From contig CM060732.1 of assembly GCA_030704615.1 (NCBI GenBank), positions 35,774,001 to 35,838,000 on the forward strand: a DNA stretch of 64,000 nt, read 5' to 3'. Within the stretch, counting starts at the first letter, position 1. Every line of letters starts with the position of its first letter. A program made the position numbers and the translations under genes. The notes beneath the pieces were generated by a model. The model made no database searches. It worked only from the letters and a program-made list of their open reading frames with translations, and was not told the DNA's origin. This document shows positions 25,321 to 38,400 of this stretch, in pieces. Source of the stretch: Takakia lepidozioides (Eukaryota > Plantae > Bryophyta).

Positions 25321-26467
25321 GAACCTTCCATCAATTGGTGAAAGCTGGTTAGATTTTGTACGTGTTGTGCCCAACGTGTCCATTTTATGATGGAGTTATT
25401 TGGTTTTGGATATATTTGCGCGGAAGTATGAGGCATGTATATATCCAAACATCACAAGGCAGTGAAACTAAAAATTCAGCCAATTTGTCACTTCATAGCA
25501 TGCAAATTTGCAAATCAGGAGCCCCACAATTAACTTAGTCCAAAAGACCATTTTGAGATGAAAACCTGATTGCAAAGGCAAGCATAGAGTCTAACATCTC
25601 ATATGCCTCTTTCTGAGTGCCGTCCAGGTTATTAGCATTCATCCCCTTTGGATAGAAGTGAGGTAAAGTCTATACTAAAAGGCCATCATGATGTATCAGC
25701 ACCCCATGCACTCTCCAAATTTTTGACATAACAGCTTCACAAAGTACTTCAATTAAGATAACATGGTATCACCTTCACAATGAGCCCACACCTGCACATA
25801 AGGACACCACCCCCAAGTGATTAGCAAAGTACAGAAGGAGACAGACAGTACCCCGTCGTATCAACTCCTCCCTACTTTAATTGTAATTCCAGACAAAATT
25901 GAGTTTACTGTTGACAAATTATCATGGTAGACAGTCAACAATAGTTTTAAGAGAGAATACATCACTGCAGTCAATGCCAACATCAAGAAAGGAAAAGGGG
26001 ATTTTGAAGTTATCATAGTCAATATCCCTGCCAACAGAACCAACTACAAAATGCAGTTTGAACTTGGAGACAGCATCGAATGTATTCATGTTATGGAGAT
26101 GACCTTGCTAAGTCCATAAGCTGCCAAGTCTCAATTTGCTGTACACTCAATCCCTCTCGGTGTTCAGGTGAAAAGTTTTCGTTAACCAGCACATAAGGTC
26201 AATTTCACCCTCTTTGCTCTGCGGAAAACTCCACGACGTGCCTACTGAACCATGCAATCTGCGTACCACTCTGCAAGAAGGTTTTTCCCTCTCTTCAGTG
26301 CTGCTGTCCCATAAACTACTTGAATTGTGCTCATCACCATGGGAAGAATGTCAGTACCATCTGTGACATTTACCAGTTGATTCTTTCAACATCGGTATTT
26401 ACAGATATAAGGACGCATTCTCAATTTCTCTCCACAGGATATTTTTCTTTTGGGTTTACTGCTTGTT

Positions 26468-29400
26468 TCACCAGTAATCCCCACAAGAGCATCCCCCATC
26501 CTCAAAGTGGTGAAAACGGTTGGCATCCCGTACAACAATTGTTCGCCCGACAATTTTTGAGATGAACTTGGTTGCAGTGTGGCAGTCACCACACACCCGA
26601 AGGTTCTTGATGACACGGATAGGCATCCCAGGGGGCATCCTGATAAGCCCAAATGCAATGGCCAGCTTCTCACTATGGAGGCAAAGTGAAAGTTCCTTTA
26701 TCTCCTCCTCCAAATCATGCAACACAAAGCCTGTGTTAGGAACATATCCAACCTCCTTCATCATCCCAGACAATCTCATCAGCTCGGTATGGATATCGTC
26801 AATTTGTGGATGCAATTTATCTTCCACAACAAACGTATGCACCTGCTTGTCAACCTCAATGCAGCTGCGGCCTGGCTCTTTTCTCACACCTCTGCCCTCC
26901 ATCATTCTCCTCACCTTTGCTTTATCATCCCACCTCCCAGCTGCAGCATAGATGTTTGATAGCAGCACGTATGCAGCAGCATGATGTGGATCACTCTGAA
27001 GAACGTTTCTGGCCGCACGTTCAGCTACCTCCACATCACCATGAATTCTGCAGGCACCAAGTAAGGCCCTCCACACCCTTGCATCCGGTTTGATTGGCAT
27101 TTTGTTAATAAAATCTTCTGCCTCATTCAATTGCCCTGCACGGCCAAGAAGGTCCACCATGCAACCAAAATGTTCCACTGCAGGAGTGAGGCCATGAGCT
27201 TCGCTCATGTTACCAAAGAAGTGCCGGCCTTCATCCAATAGGCCCATATGGCTGCATGCAGAGAGAAGAGATATCAATGTGACACCGTTCGGTTTCAAGC
27301 CTTCCCGCTGCATCTGTTCAAATAGTCGCAGGGCCTCCCTACCAAAACCATGCTGACCATATCCTACAATCATTGTACTCCATGAGACCACATCTCGTTC
27401 AGTCATGTTGTCAAATACTTGCCTCGCATCCTTTACGCTCCCACACTTTGCATACATGTTAACAAGGGTATTCTCCAAATTAATATATGAGTCAATTCCA
27501 GATTTGATGATGTTGCCATGGACCTCTTTGCCCTTTTCCAATGCTCCTAGGCTGGCACATGCATCGAGGACGCAAATGAACGTGACCCTGTTAGGTGTCA
27601 TTCCTTCCTGCTGCATGTGCTCATACACGTTGAGGGCCTCCTTACCACAACCCTGCTGAGCGTATCCTGCGATCAATGCACTCCATGAGACCACATTCCG
27701 TTCAGCCATGTTGTCAAACACTTCCCGTGCATCACCCATGCTCCCACATTTGGCATACATGTCAACAAGGGCAGTGTCCAAAATGGTGTCTGGTGTGATT
27801 CCAGCTTTGATGATGTCTATATGGACCTCTTTGCCCTTTTCAAGAGTTCCTAGGCTTGAGCACGCATTGAGAACGCAATTGAATGTGACCTTGTTTGGCG
27901 TCACCCCTTCCCGTTGCATCTGCTCATAGATCATGAAAGCCTCCCTACCAAACCCATGCTGTGCATAACCTGCGATCATTGAACTCCATGATACCACATC
28001 TCGTTCGGCCATATTGTCAAACACTTGACGTGCATCCTTCATGCTCCCACATTTGGCATACATGTTAGCAAGGGCAGTCTCCAGCATGACATCTGGCACA
28101 ATGCCAGCTTCAGTAATGTCAGCATGGACCTCTTTACCCTTTTCGAGGGCACCTACGCTGGCGCATGCATTGAGAATACAATTGAATGTGACCCTATTGG
28201 GGGTTACCCCTCCCTGTCGCATTTGCTCATAGATCATGAAAGCCTCCTCAACACACCCGTGCTTGACATACCCTGCAATCATTGTGGTCCACGTAGACAT
28301 ATCTCGTTCAGGCATTTTATCAAACACTTGGCGTGCATCCACCATGATCCCACACTTGGCATACATGTTCACAAGGGCATTGAGAAGAAAGATGTTTGGC
28401 TTGAGTCCGCTTTGCAGCATGTGGTTGTGCACATGCTTTCCCTCTGCTGCGTTCTTCGCGTTTCCACACTCATGCAAGAGACAGACATAAGTACTCAAAT
28501 CTGCTTGAATACCCTGTTGACTCAAATTGTGCAGCACCTCTTTCAGTCGGCCTACCTTACAGGGCGTCCTCAAATCCCCACAAGTGCCTGAAGAGTTCTT
28601 GATGACTTCCTCTTGTGATCCTGTTTTAAAAGCAGTGGTCATGGTAGAGGTGCCACCAATATCCCAAGTCGCATCCCCAACACACAACTGTGCCTCATTC
28701 CACCCTGCGGTCCTGGATGACTCAAAACTGTTTATAATACAAATTTACACTCCAACTCCTACTGTCTACCTCAAAGCAGGAGATCCCTTCATAACTTATG
28801 ACATGCTGACAAGGTTTAGGGTGATATACTCTCGAGATTAACTTGCAATTCTATCTGCATGAGTTGGAATCATCAAATCATATACCCATTGTATTCTTGG
28901 CCTGGCGCTTCATGGTGTACAGCGACATCGGCAACGTCATCAGCTTGTGCGATGTCACCATCATCAGCTTGTGCTATGTCACCATCATCAGCTTGTGCTC
29001 GATCTCGTATCATGGCCGCTAGCTGTGCTTTCACCCAAGGAGGGTTTGACAAACTCTCAATCCAAATGACCTCCTTTGTCTGTTTATGTCTGAAGTCTGG
29101 TGATCTTGGACCTTTCTGTGAAAAGACAAGGGGGCAGCAAAGCAGCAATAGCTTCTTTACACAACAGCATGTGTAAAGAATGCTGAAAAAGCCAAAGCTC
29201 CTTGAGCACATATTTGAATAACAGGGAGCAGCCTTGAACAACCTTGTTCCTCCCCTACTGACAAGCAAGAACACCTAGTTCACAACAGTAAGACTTCATA
29301 TTGTGGCTTTACTGGACGAAGTAAAATTGTGATTAATCCAAGTAACTGCTACCCCGGCCGGGTGCAGGAAGGGTGAAGGATTCATGAGACAAAAGGAGAC

Positions 29401-29921
29401 AAAAGGTCCAATCCTCTCATCATGCCAGCTTGACTAACAATTTCGCGTCAGACAGCCTCACCTTCTCAAACCTGTTGTCCCACCATTGTGAAGGATCTGA
29501 GAAGAAATCCTTCCAGAGCTCTTCTATGCTTACCACTTGGCCTGCATGCAAAAACGACTAAAAACATGGATAATTAGTCGTTTAATTGCCCCAGCCTACA
29601 ATGCTCGTGTAAGCCTACTAGAGCTTCTTCCTTTACTATCTTCCTCGGTTTCTTCTTTCTCGATGACTAGCCAATTTTGGTTCAAACACAAGAGATACCT
29701 ATCTCGGGGTGTCGTAGAGAAGGGGGAGACGCCACGGCCTCCCCAGCCATTGCTCGAAGGGCTCTTGCATTCAGCACTGCCGAGCTGGTGGATGTCTGTG
29801 TACGCTCCACAACCTTCCCAGCTACTCTGCTGCAGGATGTGAGGACTCCAGCGGAAGAAGACAGAGCCGTGGCTATGGGGTCGCCCTGCACTCTCTGGAG
29901 AGCGACAGCGCACGTTGCCAT
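26468..29921 (-). CDS. Organellar PLS-E1-E2-DYW PPR C-to-U RNA editing factor with transit peptide and N-terminal OSB-type PDF motif (~925 aa)
   Basis: Predicted exons 29921-29699 (Ser/Ala/Arg-rich transit-like), 29541-29462 ([21 protein letters not shown]), 29115-28886 ([26 protein letters not shown]), 28712-26468 (14 PLS motifs, E1/E2, PG box KEPGRS, HSEK, CGDC, terminal DYW). All junctions are GT-AG with matching phases 1/0/2. Confidence 0.9.
28935..29000. repeat. 24-bp tandem repeat (~2.7 copies) encoding the acidic linker AQADDGDI
   Basis: CATCATCAGCTTGTGCTATGTCAC units within exon 3 of the PPR gene. Confidence 0.85.
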
Positions 29922-29931
29922 CCCTGCCCCC

Positions 29932-29935
<4 letters not shown>

Positions 29936-29983
<48 letters not shown>
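29936..29983. repeat. (AG)n microsatellite in the 5' region of the PPR gene
   Basis: Direct observation. Confidence 0.95.
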
Positions 29984-29987
<4 letters not shown>

Positions 29988-30179
29988 GTGACATAGCAAT
30001 GCAAGTCATTCCCTGTTCCTCACTAATTTGAGGCTACAGACCCACCTACATTCATCCATGAAAATGACATAGGGACGAAAGTAGAGGATGACTTCAGTTG
30101 CCTGGAGGTGCGGCATCTTCTAAAATCTACCGGAGTAAAAATGATAAAATTTAAAAGTTAAAATTTTTTTGGCGGAAAA

Positions 30180-30285
30180 CCTTTGTTTATTTCATGAAGA
30201 TAAATCTGAGGTTTTGGATAAGTTCAAGGTGTTCAAATCTCTTGCAGAGAAGCAGATAGGGAAGGTGATCAAGAAGTTATGGTGC
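30180..30285 (+). mobile_element. Short Ty1/copia integrase remnant
   Basis: KSEVLDKFKVFKSLAEKQIGKVIKKL is a typical copia rve segment. Confidence 0.65.
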
Positions 30286-33200
30286 GCGCCAGGTTCGCTG
30301 CTCCCCAAGTGTTCAAACTTCCCACGGTCCAGCAATAACCACCCAGATTCTGAGTTGGCCTCCCGAAAACAGCTGATGAAAGTGGCAACAATACCTTCAG
30401 CTTGCGCAGGCATCCCAGGTTGCACTCACTCCAAGAACCAGAAAGTAGGTACCAAGTCTTTGCCACCTTTCTGCTCCTGCTCAGATTAATTCCAGGTAAC
30501 CCTCCTTACACCCTAAAATTTGTTTGTTACACAGTCAGCTGCAGTTGCAGGGATACATCTGCACTCCCATTGCAGAATCTCTTCATTGGCCATGCCACGT
30601 TATGCGACAGTCAGCCCCCTCACCCGTCCAGATTTGCCTTATGCTCTTGGATAGTCACCAATATGTCCCTTAGTCTATCCTGTACTGTGTTCTTTGACTC
30701 TTTCTTCCTGAATGCTACCATGATACAGCAGCTCGGTTGTCCCTGTTGCCACCTCTCTTGTCTGTACCAGCTATACTTATACCAGCTACATCTCTATTTT
30801 GTCATTGCTGCTACTGATTTGAAGACGGATCGTGTTGCCCTGCATACATCATCTGTGTGCGGACTCATGACCTCGTGCCTGCTGTTTGATACTCTTCAAC
30901 AACAGCCACACACTCCTCACCATGGCAGCTGGGACACCCCCTACGGCACTTACCATACGGGGTTCCTCGACAGGGCCTCCCTCGGCACTCCCACTGACCA
31001 GCAAATCCTACAGGCCACACTCCTATCCCACAGTTACCCCACCAGGAAAGCCTCCCCATGTTTTTTGCTCGGCGTGCACGCCACCAGGCCCTCAATACGG
31101 TCGTGGAGCCTTCCGGCAATTCACCAACCCATCCCGTGCGCAATATCTCCTCTCGAATCGCAAAGAGTTTTTTCCTGTATGCCTGCACATGACTTGTGAA
31201 ATTTGTACTACAATCACTTCCAATACCAGGCATGCAGGCATGGCACTAGGGCCCGCCCCAATGATTCATTGTATTATCTTCCGTACACTGCTTCTACCTT
31301 CGTATTTCCATCAATTATATCCTTGACTCCACTACATGCTGCCTTCTATCCCATCTCCACTAGGCAATGTTTATTGACTTTTATTCGTACTAACCTGACC
31401 CACAAACTAGCTGTAGCTCTTATGGGTGGGTGTCTGGCCAGGAATGGCACTTGGCTGAGGGACACCAGTAGAACTTCCCGGCTGTGGGCACACTACAATG
31501 CTGAGAGATCACAAAATGCAGAACTCCCTTCTGATAGAGTTGACACTCTCACATACCGGAAAAAAAATGTACTCGCCTGTCATGTCCAGCAGAGCTGCTT
31601 TCCTGTTGTGAGCCAAAATGTCATGGCCGCAGTAACCAGCTCGATGGGGGGCCATGAGGACATGGATCTCGCCAGAAAGGCATGACATGGAGGATGCCAT
31701 TCTCAGGTTCACCACAGCCCTGACCATCAGTTGATGAGAATCAACCCTGACAGGTAGTCCAGAGTTCTGTAAGCATGTCATTTCTTTGATGTTGGTGCTG
31801 ATGTTCCTGTGGGAGACGAACTATACATTAACAGCCTTATTCATAAATACCATCAGGACTCGGCTATGTTTTCCAGAATATGCTTTTTCTCTCAACATTC
31901 CCACATCCTGAAGGTTAAGACTTGAAATCGCACACTTAGCCAAAATATTGAGACTTGGTCTAAGAGCCGGTGCTTCACCAACTGTCAGAGGTTGACACAG
32001 GTTCCAGTCCAACTCACTTCGGTAATGTGTTAAGACTTAGCACTGGTTACAAAGCCTTGAGCCTGAAGGAAGTACACATATACAATCTCAGACTGTCGCT
32101 GATGACCTTTAGTGGGAAGTCCAGTGACGAAGCACTTCTGGTTCATTGCCATTGAATGAGACCAAGCCACACTGTGTCTGCTTGAGAACAAACTTTCTTT
32201 GACTCCTCATGCTCCTGGTGAGGCGGACAGGTGATCACAGCAACATATATCAGTCCTTCGGAAATATGGTGGTCCAAACAAAAGCTGTCTAACATTTTCT
32301 CTTCTCTCTGATGAGAGCTCGGCACAAGATAAAGAGTGCTTCTGAAAGCTGAGCACAACATTATGTGAGAAACACACATACCTGTCAAGGATCACCCAAG
32401 TTGCTGGAAGAGCGAGTGCTTCACGCACTATCACATGTTTTGACTCGCGCCCTGCCTCAACTCTGACCTGTAACTTGACCTGAAAACCCCACAACAGTTA
32501 ACCGGTTAGAAATACAGTCAGTGCATTTCATGAAAGAATGTGGCAATTTGTCAAGCCTGACTCAATAACCTTTTGTCAACTGGCGATCTTTTCCTTCGGC
32601 CCACCAACAACTCAGATAAGGACAGAGCAATGAAAAAGTGAGTGAAATATAAGAAGCAACAAACTCTTTCCCATCATTTGCAAGAATGGAGACAAGGGTA
32701 GAGCAGATGTGCATCTATATAACTTGGCAATGTGTGTGTGCCAGTAGAAAAGAATTTATTACATCAAAATAGGGGCCAGAGGAGGACATAGCAGAAAGAA
32801 ACAAATTCTTTCTCCCAATCCTCTGAAAAAAAGTCATACAAGGTGGGAGCGGATGTGTGTCTGTCTCAAGAGAGAGAGGACTCCGGCCCAAGCCGGCGAA
32901 ACTAGAGCCACTTCACCTTTCGGCTCCCCCTGTCGGGCAATATTAATATCATGGTAACAGGAATATCTGTCTTTACATGTGTTTGAGACAAATGAAAGAC
33001 AAAGAAATTAAAGAAGGAAATTTTGTACCATCTGCAGGAAGCTCAAAGAGCTTTATGGGACAAAAGAAAGCAGGATGCAAGAAAGAAAGTGGAGCCCTCC
33101 ATAAGCAGCCCAAAAACTATGATTTAACATCGAGAGATAAACAACAAATGTGATCCTCATAATGGATTGGCTGTCTCTGTGTAGGACGTAGTAGCAGCCC

Positions 33201-34599
33201 CCAGAGACCAAGAAATAAATTTATAACTTTGTACCTTTACATGCAGGGGTGTGAGAAAAGAAAAGAAAAGAAATTAACTGTCCACAAGACCCAAATGGCC
33301 TATGGGAGACAGCATAACAGCAAGAAAGAATTCTAACACCATATCGATACACCCCAAATGTCCCTCCCAAATGCAGTGCCTCTTGAAGGTAAGTTCCGAA
33401 GTACTTTTGAGTCCCATTTGAGAGCCACAAGGACTGTCTCCAAAGACTCCGGTATCCTCCCCTTCTCCACCTTTCTAGTGATCAGTATGAAAGAAAGAGA
33501 CATTCTACCAGAGGCATAAGGGCCATACAACACAGTAGAACACAAATGTGTCTGTGGTAAGCTCAAAAAGCTTATGGGACAAGAAAAAGCATGAAACAAG
33601 AAAGAGAATGGGGCCCTCAACAAGCAGCAAAAAAGAACTATTGCTCCCGGGAATATATAAGGTGTTATGCAGATATGCTGCCAAGCATTTCTGATCCTCG
33701 TAGTGGAACACCTCTGTGAAAGATTGGCTATCTCAGAATAGGAAACAGTTCTCTCTCCCAGATCTCATAGTAGAAAGTACAGTGAAAGAAGAAATGTTCT
33801 CCAGTTTCAATTTCCCTCCTGTCATCTCTGGCGCAAGCAGGGCACAAGTGGTCAGGCCGCTGCAGGTTGTCCCCAGTCTCTATCCCCAGACAGTGGGAGC
33901 CCACTGGAAACCTTCCAAAGTGCTTAGAAGAAGGGAGACAGAGCTGCAGACAGGTGATTGGGCTGTAAATTTCTATCATCAAAGAGGCCATTTGGGTGGT
34001 AGGGCTCGCAACCTTGTCAAGAAGATAGTAAGTTGGAAGATGGCTTCAATTTCAAGAGGTAAGTGTATAAAATCTGTGATTGGTTAGCCTCAAGCATTCC
34101 TTAAAGGAAAGACAATTGGGGTTCCAGATTTTCTCCAACCAGGAAAGAACGAGTTGAAAAGAGAAGGAACTTCATACTGTGCTCACGAAGCTTGAAGAGC
34201 TTGGGACAGAGGAAAATACAAAACAAGATAAGATGAGTGAGCCCCAACATCCAGCCAAAACAACCATACAACTAGGATTGAACTTCGAGAGATTTCCTCA
34301 TGTAAAGACAAATTACCCCTTTCTTGTGACACGCTGCATGCACACTCGGAAGCATGCTCTCAAACTTCTTCCGCTTGCTGTCCAGCTCCTGTTTCAGCAG
34401 CTTGTGATTGACCCCTCGGAAAAAGTCTGGATCTGCTACTGTTGGGTAGCCCACTGCAGACTCCATATTACTGATAAGTACAAAAAGCTAGTCCAAACAA
34501 CAACAGTCCAGCTTCTAAACGGTATCAGGCACAGTAAACTAATACATTCCTTTAAACACCCTTCTGACATCCATATTGCCGTAGCCTTGTGGCCATTGA

Positions 34600-34990
34600 C
34601 CCCGCGCCCAGTTTGAGCGGAACACAAAGGGACAGAACCTTCCTCTGTCAGGGGCTGACGTTGGTAGTAAGACTTACCTTGGTATAAAGCATTGATCCGG
34701 GTTTTCCAGATATCCTCTAGAAATCCCTTCACACAAGCATCAATCTGCTGTGTGTGGTTTGCCCAATAACTAGGCCCCAGAAGGGCCTGGGCTTTTGGCT
34801 CAGCCTCGAGACTTTCAAAGTTGGTAAACAGAGGTACAGGCACAACTCCCTTGATAGATTTGAGGAGAGCGTCTCTCTGGTGAGAGAACCCCGGACAGTG
34901 AATCAGGAAATGAATATTGTCTTCAGGTTGCCCACACAACGGTTGACATCCATATATAGATAACAATACAGAGGAGGGTGGCATCAGAAC
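34600..34990 (-). mobile_element. Non-LTR retrotransposon 3' ORF remnant (CCHC region)
   Basis: PLCGQPEDNIHFLIHCPGFSHQRDALL..ALLG..VKGFLEDIWKTR. Confidence 0.6.
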
Positions 34991-35409
34991 TCACTTGGAG
35001 TTTTGATTTTGTCAATAATGCCAAGTAGGACTATCACATCGCCAAGGTTCGCTATACGATGGAGGGCATGCTGCAGACTGATTGCTGTGAGTTCCATGTT
35101 TGCATCCATGACCACCATGATTCTCTGCATGCCATCGATTCAACAGGTGAATATTGGAGTCAACTACTTCACCACATCAACCAAAAAAGTCTGAGAGGGT
35201 ACAGGACGACATCAAGTAGTCAAGAAGGAGGGGTCATTGATAGTTTCTTTGCAACGAGGGACAATGCCCTTTAAAAACCAAAATCAGCCAAACCTTGATA
35301 TCGGCCAGTTCAGACAAGAAACAAGAAGCTGGAATTTGAGGAATAGTATACAGAGAAGCTACCAGAAAGGCAAACTTGCAACTCTGGTGTATGCAGGGAG
35401 TATTAGACC

Positions 35410-38400
35410 CTACTTATTTACCTCAAAGGATCCCGTACTGACTTCAGAGTGTTGTGGATCCTTCCCTTTGAGACAAAGATTGGATATAGTGCCAATTACA
35501 GCCTGCCTGTAAGCTACCTCAGTCGAAACAAACTCCACACCTTTGATTGAATCCACTGCTTCAAGGGCATTCTTCCAACTCATCGCATCAATACTGTGGT
35601 CTAGGGTAGTCCATTCTTCCCACTTTCGAAACCAGCGGTCCCGATTCCTGGCAGATTTGAAGTCTGTGTAGGAAAGCTTGAAGAAAAGAGGTAGTATCCT
35701 TAGATTGGAGTCTGGTTTTTGTGCGGAGTCAATAAATGCAGCAAGTTCCATCATTGGCCTCTTGCTTTCTGTGAAGAACTCCTCGGACAGCACTACAGCT
35801 GCCACCCGGCACTGCTTTAGCACATCAAACTGTATAAGATTAGTAAATCTCTCACCCTGAGGTGATTTGTCATGGTTGTCAAAGAAGGGGTTGAGGTGGA
35901 TCCTTTCCAAGTCCATGCGCAGCTGCTCTACAAACTTCCTTTGCAGCCCACTGTAGATGAAGAAGATGTCATTGCAAGCAGGTTCCAAGACAGGATTGGC
36001 TTGCTTCAATTGCAGGAGGTTAAGGGCATCCCGAGCACCCCATGCATTGAGCTCTATTGCAATGGCAACGTTATGCACAAGGGAAGACATGACCTCGATC
36101 ACCGCATTCATGTTGGCATCACTAGGAGATTGAGCATCCTGTATGAACTCCATGACTGTATCAACAAGAGTGACATCCGACACACTTTTTGCCACTTCCT
36201 CTCTGATGTGCAGGAGGGCCTTCAATTCACCAATGCTGGGCTTCTTTGTCAAGTATTGACAGGTAACCAAATCAAGAACCTTCAACTTGGACAACCTACT
36301 AAGATCAGGTAGGTGGGTCAATTCTGAACAGTATTCACACAAGAGGTGGAGCAGCTGTAGCAGGTTGTCAACACCTTGTAGCTCAACAAGGGCAACATGT
36401 CTCAGATGGAGTTTTTCTAGACTGGTCAAGTCACCCAGCCCTGTGAGCTTTCTCAGACATGGACAATCCAGCACAAGCAGTTCTTGCAAATTTAGCAAGG
36501 ATCTGAGACCTGACAGCTCTTCGACCTTGGGACACCACTGAACATGGATCTTCCACAGAGCAGTCAGCTGGTTCAATGTGGGAAGTTCTGTGAGATGAGG
36601 GTGATCAATAATCACCAGCTCATGAAGCCTGGTGCACTTGTCAAGCATGGGTGGTTCGGATATTTGAGAATTTCGCAGTTCAAGAATTTCCAGTGCTGTC
36701 AACCACTGCATGTCTGGCCATAACTTCAAGTTCTCGCATCTTGTCAACCTTAGCCATGCAAGTTGCTCGAGACTGTCCATTCCATCAAGTTTTTGCAGCT
36801 CCTTGCAACACCTGATGTCCAAGCTGCGTAAGCAGTGCATTCCTTTTAAATCAAGCTCAATCAATGCGGAAAGGTTTTCAAGCCGGAGCACCACAACGTT
36901 TGAACATAGGTGCAACTTTGCTTTTGATAAACTCTGAAATGTGCCATCAATCAAAGCAAGCCTTTCAACTGGCCAGCAATTTCCCACTGGGGATTTTTGA
37001 AGCTCTCGAGGTACTTGATCTGAGCCAACTTTGTGAAATAAACAGGCCCTTGTCTGGAAATCTCCTTGGTTCACTTCTATCTCCGCGAATTCCCGGTACA
37101 AACTATGCATCCTTATTTTTGGGGTACAATCAGCCTCACTTTCCAAGGAGCCGGCCTCATCATCCAATAGTGTCGCGGTCTTCAAGCCCTTCAACTGCAG
37201 CCAAAAATTGTCAAGCAAATATACTGGAAACAAAAACAGATAGAATTACCAAGGATTCAATGACGCTATAAGCACACCTATAGCAGTAGTTATCACCAAT
37301 AAACTAAGCTCAGTTATGACCCCATTTTCATGACATTGTGCAAGTAAGACAGAAAACATGAAGGGGGGTCACAACTTTAAGGTTACGCCAATTTCAAAAC
37401 TGCTGGAATATTTGTGCTTGTCAGTAGAGAATGAGTGCCTGAGCTTAAACACGTAAGAAGCTTTGGTCCTGCCCAAACTCATGCCCACCCTGCGTTTCAC
37501 AGAATGTAAAAAACTTACATGCTCCTTGATTTCCTCTTGAGAGACTGTGTGTACAAGTGCCAACCATTTACACACATCCCTCTCAGTTTCCAGAGCCTTG
37601 GGCTTATAAAGAGCCACATCCATAAAGATAAGCCGGTCCATATAAGTGGGCAGTGTATCATAAGCAGAGCGAAGAATGGACATAAGGGGGTCGTCCCTGT
37701 CTGGCGAAAGTTTGACATGCAAGTTAGTGAGGCTTTCATCCCACCTCTGTTGATCACTGATTACACTACGCAACTGAGCTCCTAATGCCTTCAATGCCAA
37801 AGGATGAAACTGTCTTATGCTTGCTAGCCTCCTCTCAAAAGATCCGTAAGCAACTGCCTTTTTTATAAATTGCTGCTCGTCACGTGTAAAGGACGAGTAA
37901 AGACGGCCTGGTGCGGCTACTTGGAGGAATAAACCGATGGCATCCCTCTCCTCTAGATCTGGAACGGCTATACAACAGCTGCCATCAATGCCAAGGTGAT
38001 AATGTAGGACCTCTATACTCCGTGAAGTCACCACCACCTTACTCCCGTGACCGAACGATATGGACAGGTAAGCCATTGCTTCTTCACTAGATCCTTGGCT
38101 CTCTTGAACACTGTCTAGCGCCAAAAACACCTTGTACCTGGGCATCCGCTCCTTCAAGAGATATCGTCCCTGGATGCACAAGGAAAATTAACGAATACAA
38201 ACAAGACCTTATAAAATCTTTGTGGTCTTACATTGACGAATGTTCAGCTTACCTCACACGGTATAGAGCAGTTGTGACTCACAGTGTCCAGCGAGCATCG
38301 AGAGTCTTCTTGTTAGGTAAGCAGTACAAGGGAGCTTGACCCAAACCAACCAGAAGAAGCACTGTGTGACCAGCTGACAGAGGGCATTGGCGCATTCCCA

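Noticed and set aside
26468-26900. U-to-C (DYW:KP-type) editing factor
   Set aside because: The domain has a canonical PG box, HSEK and terminal DYW, consistent with a C-to-U editor.
26520-28591. Plus-strand ORFs overlapping the PPR gene (similarly those antisense to the NLR, pol and RH3)
   Set aside because: Antisense shadows of real coding sequence with no independent domain signal.
30290-32500. ORFs of 100-265 aa (e.g. 30402-31199) as genes
   Set aside because: No recognisable motifs or consistent exon structure; probably decayed TE or pseudogene sequence that I cannot assign.
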